NCBI GenBank assembly: GCA_947074205.1
Contig: CAMTOQ010000014.1
Span: 400-64,399 of the forward strand
From: an uncultured Bacteroides sp.
GTDB lineage: Bacteria > Bacteroidota > Bacteroidia > Bacteroidales > Bacteroidaceae
Direction: 5' to 3'
Length of the DNA: 64,000 bases
Positions 28,601 to 36,261 of this stretch are shown piece after piece. The notes under the pieces were generated by a model, which had not been told where the DNA came from, ran no database searches, and worked only from the letters and a program-made list of their open reading frames with translations. The first letter of the stretch is position 1. Each line of letters begins with the position of its first letter. The position numbers and the translations under genes were made by a program.

Positions 28601-30066
28601 GAAGTAAAAACCTTCTTTGTCTTACCATCCTTGTCTAGCCAATAAATGGATTTATTTCTAGTACCAACCCATATATCGCCACTTTTAGTTTGGCATAGAG
28701 CTCTAACCTCCATGCCTTCGGTGGTTGTTTTTTGAGAAGTAGCACCCGGCACAAAGAGTCTAAACTGCTTGCGTGGAAAGTTTAGCTGGTATACACCTTG
28801 AGTAGCAGAAGATAGCCATATGCCACCATGGGCATCTTGAAACATGTGATAGAAACGTTGGTTTTCCTCAGTGTTTTTGAGTTGCTTAAAACCATTAACT
28901 CCGATCATTCTCAAGCCTTCACGATCGAACATCAAAGCTTCCCCAGTAGAAGTAAGAAAGAAGAGTCCCCTCTCACCTGCGTCTTCTATATGGAAAAGAC
29001 CTATTTTACCCGATAAAGAGAATGGGAATCGCTTAGTGACATTATTTTGAGGATCATAATAGACTACAGCCTTTTCGTTTTCGTGAAACCATATCTTATC
29101 ATATCTATCCATATAGATATTAGCCACTATACGATCATCTATATCGAGCGGCAACTTTTTCACTTTACGTTCTTTCAGGTCATATTCAAATACACCTTTG
29201 CCGGCAAGCGAAAGATATACGTAGCCGGTGGGGGTAACCATGATATTTGTTATAGTACCATGAATTTCAGAAAGATCAAACTTGTCGACTGACCCAGAGT
29301 GGATGTCGATGGAATAGAAAACCCCAGTATCTTCGCCCACCCACATTTTCTTCCTGTCGGCATAAACGGCAGTAAATACCGGATTGTCAGACATATTCAT
29401 TTTATTTGAAACGTAGTCGACAGGACGTTCGCGCAAGGCTTTCCCTTTTTTATAAGTCAATATCCTATAATCGGCTCCAATCCAGGAAATGTAATCTTTA
29501 GTTTCGCTAAACACATTGTTTTTCAACTGGAATGTTGTAGGAACAATATCGTCTTTTGCGTCGAAAATCATTTTTATTTTTATCTCACCTTCCTCATTGG
29601 TTTGGCCAACAAGCAAGTTCTTATCTCGAGTGAGAAGCAAGATATCGCCATCGGAAGTCGATTGAAGTTTTAGTATTTGTATATTGCCCGAATAGCTTTT
29701 TACATCATCAAAAACGGCATGGAAAGTTTCCTTCTTTTTATTAAAAACGTAGAGTTTTCTATCAATGGTTTTCACCCAAATAAACCCATTCTTATCTTCT
29801 AAGATACGTTGTATTTTTCGTGGAGGTAAATCGGTATCCATGTCTTCCAGTTTGTTGTAAGTACGAAACTTAAGACCGTCAAAACGACACAAGCCATACC
29901 ATGTGCCAAACCACAAAAAGCCATCCCTATCTTTTAAAGAACAATTTACAACGTTATTGGGTAATCCTTGATCTGTAGAATAGTGTTCTACAATCATATT
30001 TCCGCTATAACCGTAAACTGTTACCGATAACAGAAGCGATAATGTGAGAATAAATAATGTCTTCAT
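25651..30066 (-). CDS. Hybrid two-component system sensor kinase/AraC response regulator
   Basis: Beta-propeller sensor repeats, Y_Y_Y domain, PPWW TM, FFTNISHELRTPL, HATPase, receiver (DQMMP), AraC HTH. Confidence 0.96.
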   Translation of the reverse strand: MKTLFILTLSLLLSVTVYGYSGNMIVEHYSTDQGLPNNVVNCSLKDRDGFLWFGTWYGLCRFDGLKFRTYNKLEDMDTDLPPRKIQRILEDKNGFIWVKTIDRKLYVFNKKKETFHAVFDDVKSYSGNIQILKLQSTSDGDILLLTRDKNLLVGQTNEEGEIKIKMIFDAKDDIVPTTFQLKNNVFSETKDYISWIGADYRILTYKKGKALRERPVDYVSNKMNMSDNPVFTAVYADRKKMWVGEDTGVFYSIDIHSGSVDKFDLSEIHGTITNIMVTPTGYVYLSLAGKGVFEYDLKERKVKKLPLDIDDRIVANIYMDRYDKIWFHENEKAVVYYDPQNNVTKRFPFSLSGKIGLFHIEDAGERGLFFLTSTGEALMFDREGLRMIGVNGFKQLKNTEENQRFYHMFQDAHGGIWLSSATQGVYQLNFPRKQFRLFVPGATSQKTTTEGMEVRALCQTKSGDIWVGTRNKSIYWLDKDGKTKKVFTSETHNTGAIYKIMEDRNGNLWFATKGNGLIKCTPDDKSSDGYQFQYFVSDDNDPTSLSGNDVYYIYEDKKGRIWAGLLDGALNLLYEEDGKTKFWNVNNGFRSYPDNGLYMEVRNILEDNNGRIWVGTMDGLISFDSNFGSVGEINFESYRKKNRGFIDSDVYMLFKDSYSQVWVSMFGGGLSKMVGYNNVNNTPEFRSIGLREGLTNDVVVSMVEDSKDQLWFTTESGLSYYDLRTDRIRNFDAYDGLPSVAAEDNAAIFTQEGEIWLGCRNGVLIFSPDKLESQQSRYKTFIVGCRVSNTEVTSASASTIIDYAIPYVDGLILEHNQSMFTFEYAALNFSNQNRISYKYILEGYEKEWHYNGKNRIASYTNVPPGKYNFVVKTIDEANPDVESSRSISVTILPPWWASFWAYVVYAVLAIVLLYLAFRLSYYMIRMKNDIYIEQKLSELKIKFFTNISHELRTPLTLIKGPIQELKEKEDLSEKGKQYVDLMERNITQMVQLVNQILDFRKIQNGKMRLHVSLIDINQLLSSFEKEFRVLAHENEVSFLFQLPEEGLKVWADKDKLGIVVRNILSNAFKFTSSGGSVFVSTMLSDDNSQCIIRIEDNGVGIPQSKLAVIFDRFAQADNARSTQYQGSGIGLALSKEIVNLHHGNLSVESTEGAGSTFVITLQMNKEHYKTSDVDFYMGENDDVSTLESEETSIESEDSLEEVVVADTSLPNLLVVEDNKDLCNMLRLQLEDSYNVYTACDGADGLKKIHLYHPDIVVTDQMMPNMDGLNMLKHIRSDFQISHIPVIILTAKGNDEAKTKAISMGANAYIIKPFSKDYLMARVEQLLSERKLFQERVWKTDSQEVDAACEKDQYEQFLVKKDVQFIEKIHDVIESNLENSDFNIDTIATTIGLSRSAFFKKLKGLTGFAPVDLVKEIRLNKSLDMIKNSDLSIAEIAYAVGFKDSGYFSKCFRKKYNQTPREYMVEWRKVKQ

Positions 30067-30153
30067 CAATAAAAGCTATAAGAGTTCAAAACAACAAAAC
30101 AACTGCATCACATTTAAGCAACAAACTATATTTCAATACATTAAAGAGATAAA

Positions 30154-30161
30154 CAAATATA
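30154..30161 (-). promoter_or_regulatory. Possible housekeeping -7 element for the HTCS gene
   Basis: Minus strand TATATTTG in an AT-rich intergenic region; could be a chance match. Confidence 0.4.
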
Positions 30162-30401
30162 TAAACACCTTGGTAAATATATTATTCTTGCACTATAATA
30201 GAATATTTCTCCGGCTGACACAGAATATGTTATAGACAAAAATAGAAGAAATAACCACTAATTAAAACTTTATACAATAAATTCGCATGTTAAAGAATAA
30301 ATGATAAAGAATCAAACATTCATAATATTAGACAATCATCTTAAGTTTTTGATGAAGCTAGTAACAAAACAACAGATAGATAAAATTCCATTTATAATGA
30401 C

Positions 30402-30439
30402 AAAAAGACAGCCTCTGTATTGACTACAGAAGCTGTCTT
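30402..30439 (-). terminator. Intrinsic terminator after the 534-aa gene
   Basis: AAGACAGC.TCTGTA / TACAGA.GCTGTCTT hairpin with a T tract on the minus strand. Confidence 0.75.
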
Positions 30440-30479
30440 AAAAATAGGAAGTATTAATTTCCTCTTAAACTATCATTTA

Positions 30480-32084
30480 TTATTTTACGATAACTTTTTC
30501 TACTTCGTCAGCTACCTTTACAAGATAGATACCAGTGCCTACATATACACCTTGAGCAGCCACTTCTGGAGCTACACTGCGAATAAGTTGACCGCTTGCA
30601 GCGTCATACAATGTAACAGTTGACAAAGCGTTTGTCACATAGATTTGGTTTTCAGAAACAGCTACTTGATAAGTAGTAACTTCAGCACCTTCGATAGAAG
30701 TTGGAGTATCTTCGCCCTTCACTGTAAGGTCTAACCAGAAACGTGCACCATTGCTGATTTCAAGGCTATAAGTACGGTTGCCTTTAGCGAAGTTAGTGTA
30801 CAATGTAACTTGCAAATCATCATCAACAGCGTTACCGTTAGCGTCAGCTGGGATATCAATGCTCAAAGCAGATTCGCCTTCAACTGGAGTATAAGTATAA
30901 GCCACTGGCACAGTATAGTTACCTTCAGCATCTTTAGCCATTACGCAACCTTCAGATTTGAAATAAAAAGATGAGCTAGCTTTGTTGTCACCATCACTCT
31001 TAATTGACAAATTAGCAAAACGGTTCTTACCTTTCAAGTTAAATGTAATAGGAGTTTCAACATCATAGTATGCTGTAGCCGCTTGTTCAATTCTACCATT
31101 GTTTTCTACAACTGGCTCAACCCAAGAAGCAGTAGCATATTCTGCTGTTACATTGTCGATACCTACGATTGGTTCGTACATTCCTGGTTGTACTGCAGTT
31201 TCTGAAGTAGTAGTATAAAGTGTAACCATCACTTTCTTACCACGAAGATCGGCCATAGTTAAACCTACAGCTTCTGCGATATTCACTTTTACACGATTTA
31301 CATCACCTTCTAATGAAGATACATAAACATTGTCTTTTACATACATTTTCGAACTAAGAGCAGCATTTACAGCATCAATATTTGCTTCGCTAATAGAGTC
31401 AAGCAAAGCAATATCATCACCTGTGCTATTATAAGATGCATTTACCCATGGGAAAGCTGGCTGTTTGCTCAAGTCTACAATCATTTTGTAAGTGCTTGCT
31501 GCACCAGTGTTACCTGGATCAAGAGTCAACATTTCAAATTCGATATCGCTTACAAGGCCTGCCATCAAATCTTGAGCTTTAACTTGGAAACCGATGATTG
31601 ATCTTTTTGCCATACCTGGCCATACAGTGAACGCTTGGTCTGCACCACCTGTTCCTGGAACATCCCAAAGACAGTTAGCTTGTTTCCAATATTCATGTTT
31701 CAATGGATCAGCATCTTTAGACAAAGAATCTCTTAACTCTGCTGCCGATGGCACCCAAATAGCTGCCATATTGCTACCTGTATTTTGAGTTTTACCATTA
31801 TTAATCCATTGAGCTACATTACTTGCTACACCTTCAGTAGTAATAGCAATACCATAAGCACCCTTACCGTTAGAAGAAGATAGTTTTTCTGTTATAGGTC
31901 TTTTTGCAGCCTTCCAATCATCTGAAAGATTGAATTTGTGCGTCATACGGAAGTTGCCATTTTCAAGAGCTTCTTGACCGGTGAAACCTACGTTAGCATC
32001 AACTTTATTGTACTGCATTTGTGCATTCAACGACACAAACGAAACGCTGCAAAATGCAGCCAAGAGTAAAAATTGTTTTTTCAT
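30480..32084 (-). CDS. Secreted hypothetical protein with a T9SS-like C-terminal domain
   Basis: Signal peptide; TPTSIE...VTLYDAASGQLI...GIYLVKV...EKVIVK C-terminus; no recognised catalytic motif. Confidence 0.75.
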   Translation of the reverse strand: MKKQFLLLAAFCSVSFVSLNAQMQYNKVDANVGFTGQEALENGNFRMTHKFNLSDDWKAAKRPITEKLSSSNGKGAYGIAITTEGVASNVAQWINNGKTQNTGSNMAAIWVPSAAELRDSLSKDADPLKHEYWKQANCLWDVPGTGGADQAFTVWPGMAKRSIIGFQVKAQDLMAGLVSDIEFEMLTLDPGNTGAASTYKMIVDLSKQPAFPWVNASYNSTGDDIALLDSISEANIDAVNAALSSKMYVKDNVYVSSLEGDVNRVKVNIAEAVGLTMADLRGKKVMVTLYTTTSETAVQPGMYEPIVGIDNVTAEYATASWVEPVVENNGRIEQAATAYYDVETPITFNLKGKNRFANLSIKSDGDNKASSSFYFKSEGCVMAKDAEGNYTVPVAYTYTPVEGESALSIDIPADANGNAVDDDLQVTLYTNFAKGNRTYSLEISNGARFWLDLTVKGEDTPTSIEGAEVTTYQVAVSENQIYVTNALSTVTLYDAASGQLIRSVAPEVAAQGVYVGTGIYLVKVADEVEKVIVK

Positions 32085-32130
32085 ACATCAAATTTTTAAT
32101 TAACAAATATCTACAATTAGATATAATCAA

Positions 32131-32156
32131 GACGAAGCAAGAAAACTGCTGTACTC
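32131..32156 (-). promoter_or_regulatory. Putative ECF promoter GAGTAC-N16-CGTC
   Basis: Minus strand GAGTAC agcagttttcttgctt CGTC, 46 bp before ATG 32084. Confidence 0.75.
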
Positions 32157-32213
32157 AATTATTTTAATTTATTTTTCTATTTTTTCTTTAATATCATAAA
32201 ATAATAAAGAAAT

Positions 32214-32891
32214 CTACAGTGTACCTCCACGAGCTTTAACTCTTACAGCCCATGCTTCTCGCTCCTTACTCAAATCATATCCACGGGCAGATAGATAGTT
32301 ATTAATACGACCCTTGTATTTTTTAAATGTCTCGTGTTTCTTATTGGAGCTTTCAGCATCCATGGCTAGTTCGCGAGCTTCTACCAACCATACATAAATC
32401 TGCGATTTTTCTTCTTCGGCCAATGTAGGAATCATATCTTGATAAGCCGTATAGGTCACATTAAGCACATTGAAAGTCATGCCATTCTTGATTGCATCAA
32501 TTTGATCATTAGTTAAGTATAATGATAACGCAGCAGGAAAAGCGAAATGAGAACGATAAAGAGCTGCATCAGCTTCAAATCGAGCAGACTCCATAGCTTC
32601 TTTTTTTGCATTACCCTCTAAAGCTTCTTTAGCCTGCGCTATCTTTACATCACGTATCTTATAGATGTCATTTAGTGCAAAGTAACGGTTGGCAAGAATT
32701 TTCAGCACTTCATCAGCAGCCTGCTGGTTCGTCAACTCAAGACCATCCACAATCTTCTTAGATCGGCTTACAATGCTGGAAACATAATCTGGATCACGAT
32801 TAATCGAGTCGAGCTCAACAGCTCGAGCATTTAGAATAGAAAGAATAAAAAGACTCAGGAAAAGAGTCGTACGTCTTAAAATAATGTTCAT
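32214..32891 (-). CDS. DUF3826-like periplasmic protein
   Basis: Signal peptide; helical; EARELAMDAESS.KKH..FKKYKGRINNYLS motif. Confidence 0.75.
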   Translation of the reverse strand: MNIILRRTTLFLSLFILSILNARAVELDSINRDPDYVSSIVSRSKKIVDGLELTNQQAADEVLKILANRYFALNDIYKIRDVKIAQAKEALEGNAKKEAMESARFEADAALYRSHFAFPAALSLYLTNDQIDAIKNGMTFNVLNVTYTAYQDMIPTLAEEEKSQIYVWLVEARELAMDAESSNKKHETFKKYKGRINNYLSARGYDLSKEREAWAVRVKARGGTL

Positions 32892-32971
32892 CACGTCAGT
32901 ATTAGTTATTTAGATATATATTTGATTATTAAACACTTATCAGAACACAAAAATTACAATTACTGAGCACG

Positions 32972-33048
32972 CCTTATCAGCGTGGTGGCAAGGGCTACTC
33001 AGCACGGTGGCAAAGGCTGCTCAGCAAGCAGAGTAGCCCTTGCCACCA
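32972..33048. repeat. 22-bp tandem palindromic repeat, copy 2 (with an 18-bp perfect inverted repeat)
   Basis: Units CCTTATCAGCGTGGTGGCAAGG, GCTACTCAGCACGGTGGCAAAG, GCTGCTCAGCAAGC...; TGGTGGCAAGGGCTACTC (32983-33000) pairs with GAGTAGCCCTTGCCACCA (33031-33048). Confidence 0.85.
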
Positions 33049-33068
33049 AACTGAATAAATATAGGCAA

Positions 33069-34793
33069 TTACATCAACTTACCTTTCTCGGCAAGTGTAT
33101 CATAATTATTCTTCAAATCAGTCCAGTCGATGCGGTGAACAGTACTTATACCATTGATATATTTTTCAATATTTGTGTAACCATCACCAGTACAATCGCC
33201 ATTTGCATCGGCAGGGTCGTTCGGATTAAGACCGTTAGCAATTTCCCAAGCATCAGGCATACCATCGCCATCTGTATCTACATAAGGAGTACCATTGTAT
33301 TCAGGGTAACCACCCACTTGACGTATATCTGTGATGATACCATATTTATAAGAATCTTTTGGCAAACGACGATATTTGAAGTGACCATCTTCATTTTTAG
33401 ATTTATCAGCTAGACCGCTAACATCGCCATGGGCATCTTTTGGAAGGTTTTTCACATAATATGCCTGGCCTGTACGCACTTCGTCTACAATGCGTTGGTC
33501 TACAATATCACGACTTGGGATTGTGGCACCCACATTATTAAGTACATAGTCGTAGGCATCATTTGCAGAAAGCACTCGTACATAAGGCATCAAGAAAGGC
33601 TCATAGCTTCTCATTTGCTCAGTATAACCATCTGTATTGGGCTGATCTTCAACTTGAATACCACCATTCCAGTTATTAGCGGTAATTTCAGGATAACCTT
33701 CCATCACATTGCCATCGGCGTATACACGTCCATATTGTTTGTAGCTAAGCTTACTTCTACCCGATTCGGGCTTCAAGATACGATGACCCACTGTCTTATC
33801 TTTTGGAGTGAGCGGTCCTGGTTTGTAGTAGTTGTTAATCATATTGAACATAGCACGATAGTCGCCACCATCAGTAGAACGATGCACCCAGTTGTAAACC
33901 ACATTGTTCACAAAGTTGAAAATACCCATCCAACCCACAGATGGATTGCGTCCAGAATTTCCAGCCCAAAGATTACGAACAAAAGCACAGTTTTCACCTC
34001 CTAATGTACTACCAAAGGCATGATTATAAGTATCTAGCGCTTGCCCAGAGATAGTATTCTGGATAGTTACATTTACCGTAGCTAGTTTTTCATCATTATA
34101 TCCTTCGCCCGGACTAAACATATGACGATAGAACGAAATATTTTCATCTAGTCCCCATGTAGCGGAACAGTGGTCGATCATAATGTTACCAATAGGATTC
34201 CCACCAAAAGAGTCATCACGGTGCGACACCTTAGTTTCGCCACGGCGGAAACGCATATGGCGAACCACCACATCATGAGTATCTACCCAGAAAGATTCAC
34301 CTGCAATACAAACGCCATCTCCAGGTGCAGTTTGACCTGCAATTGTTACATAAGGAGCACGTACTATAATTGGAGATTCCAAGCGTATGATACCCGCTAC
34401 ATTGAACACAATGATACGAGCACCGCCAGTTTCACAAGCCTCGCGAAACGAGCCCGGGCCACGGTCGTTAAGATTGGTCACGGTAATCACCTTACCACCA
34501 CGTCCACCAAAGCTATACATACCGCCACCTTCGGCTCCTGGAAATGATGGAATTTTGGCCTGAGGAAGATCGTAAGGCCTAGAAGCCCATGGTATATAAG
34601 GTCGACCTTGTTGTGCCTCTTGCATTACTATAGGTAGGGCTTTTTCCCAAGCTTCATCCGATCGCTGTTCTTCGAGCGTCATCATTGTTTTGTACTCTTC
34701 TTTGGCTTCTGGAGTCAGGTTAGGATACTGCGCCATCAAAGTAGGCGCACACAGTAGAGCAGTATAAGCTACAGCAGCTATTCTCTTTTTCAT
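33069..34793 (-). CDS. PL1 pectate lyase (paralog of 23898-25583)
   Basis: FPGAEGGG, IAGQTAPGDG, DHCSATWGLDE, RNP, DTDGDGMPDAWE. Confidence 0.9.
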   Translation of the reverse strand: MKKRIAAVAYTALLCAPTLMAQYPNLTPEAKEEYKTMMTLEEQRSDEAWEKALPIVMQEAQQGRPYIPWASRPYDLPQAKIPSFPGAEGGGMYSFGGRGGKVITVTNLNDRGPGSFREACETGGARIIVFNVAGIIRLESPIIVRAPYVTIAGQTAPGDGVCIAGESFWVDTHDVVVRHMRFRRGETKVSHRDDSFGGNPIGNIMIDHCSATWGLDENISFYRHMFSPGEGYNDEKLATVNVTIQNTISGQALDTYNHAFGSTLGGENCAFVRNLWAGNSGRNPSVGWMGIFNFVNNVVYNWVHRSTDGGDYRAMFNMINNYYKPGPLTPKDKTVGHRILKPESGRSKLSYKQYGRVYADGNVMEGYPEITANNWNGGIQVEDQPNTDGYTEQMRSYEPFLMPYVRVLSANDAYDYVLNNVGATIPSRDIVDQRIVDEVRTGQAYYVKNLPKDAHGDVSGLADKSKNEDGHFKYRRLPKDSYKYGIITDIRQVGGYPEYNGTPYVDTDGDGMPDAWEIANGLNPNDPADANGDCTGDGYTNIEKYINGISTVHRIDWTDLKNNYDTLAEKGKLM

Positions 34794-34834
34794 TTTAGTT
34801 TTTATAGTTTATTTTTAAGAATATATATTTAAAG

Positions 34835-34860
34835 GACGTTTGAGAAAAGCCTTTGTAATC
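34835..34860 (-). promoter_or_regulatory. Putative ECF promoter GATTAC-N16-CGTC
   Basis: Minus strand GATTAC aaaggcttttctcaaa CGTC, 41 bp before ATG 34793. Confidence 0.72.
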
Positions 34861-34878
34861 AGGCTTTTCAAGCTAATC

Positions 34879-34923
34879 AAAAAAAAATCCCACCGCACAA
34901 CTTTTATAAGCTGTACAGTGGGA
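34879..34923 (-). terminator. Intrinsic terminator after the 402-aa gene
   Basis: Minus strand TCCCACTGTACAGCTT...AAGTTGTGCGGTGGGA (with G-U pairs) followed by a T9 tract. Confidence 0.8.
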
Positions 34924-34948
34924 ATTAAAAAAATATCTTATCCTAGAC

Positions 34949-36157
34949 TTATAGTCCTAAAGGCATTTTTACTTTTTGTGCGTCACCATTCTCGATAGAA
35001 GTAGCTTTTACGATATAAACATTTCTTGGTAATCCCCAAGTATCAACACTTGTGCCACGAACCTTTCTCAAAAGTTGTCCGTCAAGGTTGTAAAGTTCAA
35101 TATCACATTCAGTAGAAGTTGTAACAACGTTGCCCAACTTTTCTACTACAAACGAATTAACTACCTGGTTTTCGATACCTGTTGCATCAAGATACTCAGC
35201 CATCTGCGAACCTTTCAAAGCCGAGAATACCTTAATCTGATGTATACGTGCTACTTGTAGACTGCTTGTAGGCTTGTAGTAATATTCAGGAGATCTTTCA
35301 GATGGGTCTAGCTCATATTCGTGAGCAAAAGTAAGAGTGTCACAATCGAAAATACGGAAACGAACAGAAACTGGTACATCATATACGTCTGGATCATCTG
35401 CACCGATAAGCTCTTCGAACTCATAACCTTGTTCAGAGAAAATTGAATAACTATTTACATCACTAGGCATAATGCGAGAAGGCATCCACTCTTCTTCTTC
35501 GCCACCATATCTAATCTCACAGATAATACCACGCTTCCAACTTGTGCTAGAATAAGACCATTGGATTTTTTCCACACCATGCAAGTTGTCTAGTTGAATG
35601 TATCCACAAAGTGAGTTTAGAGGTTCACCTTCTGGAGCAACCTGACGGCTCAACTCAATAAAACCTGTTTTGCCATATACATTGCCAATCAATGCAGAGT
35701 TATCATTGATCGTACAAGCATCATTCTTTCCTGAAGGAGCCTCACCCCATTCTTCAACTTTAGTATAAGCACTAGTGTTATGATCAGGAGCAAATACACA
35801 GTTTACATACTGAATATTATATGTATGTCCTGACTCCACATAGCCTGTTGATGCTTCAAAGTCCATCAAAGGAAGAGTTATGTTACCTGAGCCAACGGGT
35901 GCTTTTGTAGTATTATCAGGACCACCAGTATAGTTTAGGTTATCCGATTTACCATCTTCAGCACCAGTACGAGGATAAGCAGGGTCAGTCAACTTCTCTG
36001 CATCCATATCAAGCACTAGGTAGTTATTAGATGATTCCCAGCCTATTTGCTGTCCAACCGGATAATAGGTAAAGCCCGCGCACTGTGCCGATGCTTCGAA
36101 AGACAATGCAGCAAGAGCAGCTGCACCAATAAAAAATGATTTTGTAATAGTCTTCAT
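34949..36157 (-). CDS. Secreted hypothetical protein with a T9SS-like C-terminal domain
   Basis: Signal peptide; acidic, Cys-containing body; ATGIE...IELYNLDGQLL...LPRNVYIVK C-terminus. Confidence 0.75.
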   Translation of the reverse strand: MKTITKSFFIGAAALAALSFEASAQCAGFTYYPVGQQIGWESSNNYLVLDMDAEKLTDPAYPRTGAEDGKSDNLNYTGGPDNTTKAPVGSGNITLPLMDFEASTGYVESGHTYNIQYVNCVFAPDHNTSAYTKVEEWGEAPSGKNDACTINDNSALIGNVYGKTGFIELSRQVAPEGEPLNSLCGYIQLDNLHGVEKIQWSYSSTSWKRGIICEIRYGGEEEEWMPSRIMPSDVNSYSIFSEQGYEFEELIGADDPDVYDVPVSVRFRIFDCDTLTFAHEYELDPSERSPEYYYKPTSSLQVARIHQIKVFSALKGSQMAEYLDATGIENQVVNSFVVEKLGNVVTTSTECDIELYNLDGQLLRKVRGTSVDTWGLPRNVYIVKATSIENGDAQKVKMPLGL

Positions 36158-36201
36158 AAATCACAATTTAGAGTTAATAAATAAATAAATCAGTATCTTA
36201 A

Positions 36202-36253
36202 CAAAGAGCCCGCTTGCTACAAAGCTCAATCAATGAAGCAAGCAAACTCTTTG
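36202..36253 (-). terminator. Intergenic hairpin (terminator, attenuator or mRNA stabiliser)
   Basis: Minus strand CAAAGAGTTTGCTTGCT...AGCAAGCGGGCTCTTTG with G-U pairs and only a weak T tail. Confidence 0.5.
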
Positions 36254-36261
36254 ATGTATTT

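Noticed and set aside
30070-30400. AT-rich intergenic region as sRNA or small gene
   Set aside because: No convincing structure or coding signal; consistent with the HTCS promoter region.
32982-33413. ORF MVARATQHGGKG..., and the similar peptide in ORF 55048-55479
   Set aside because: The shared peptide is the translation of the DNA repeat; the rest is antisense to real genes.
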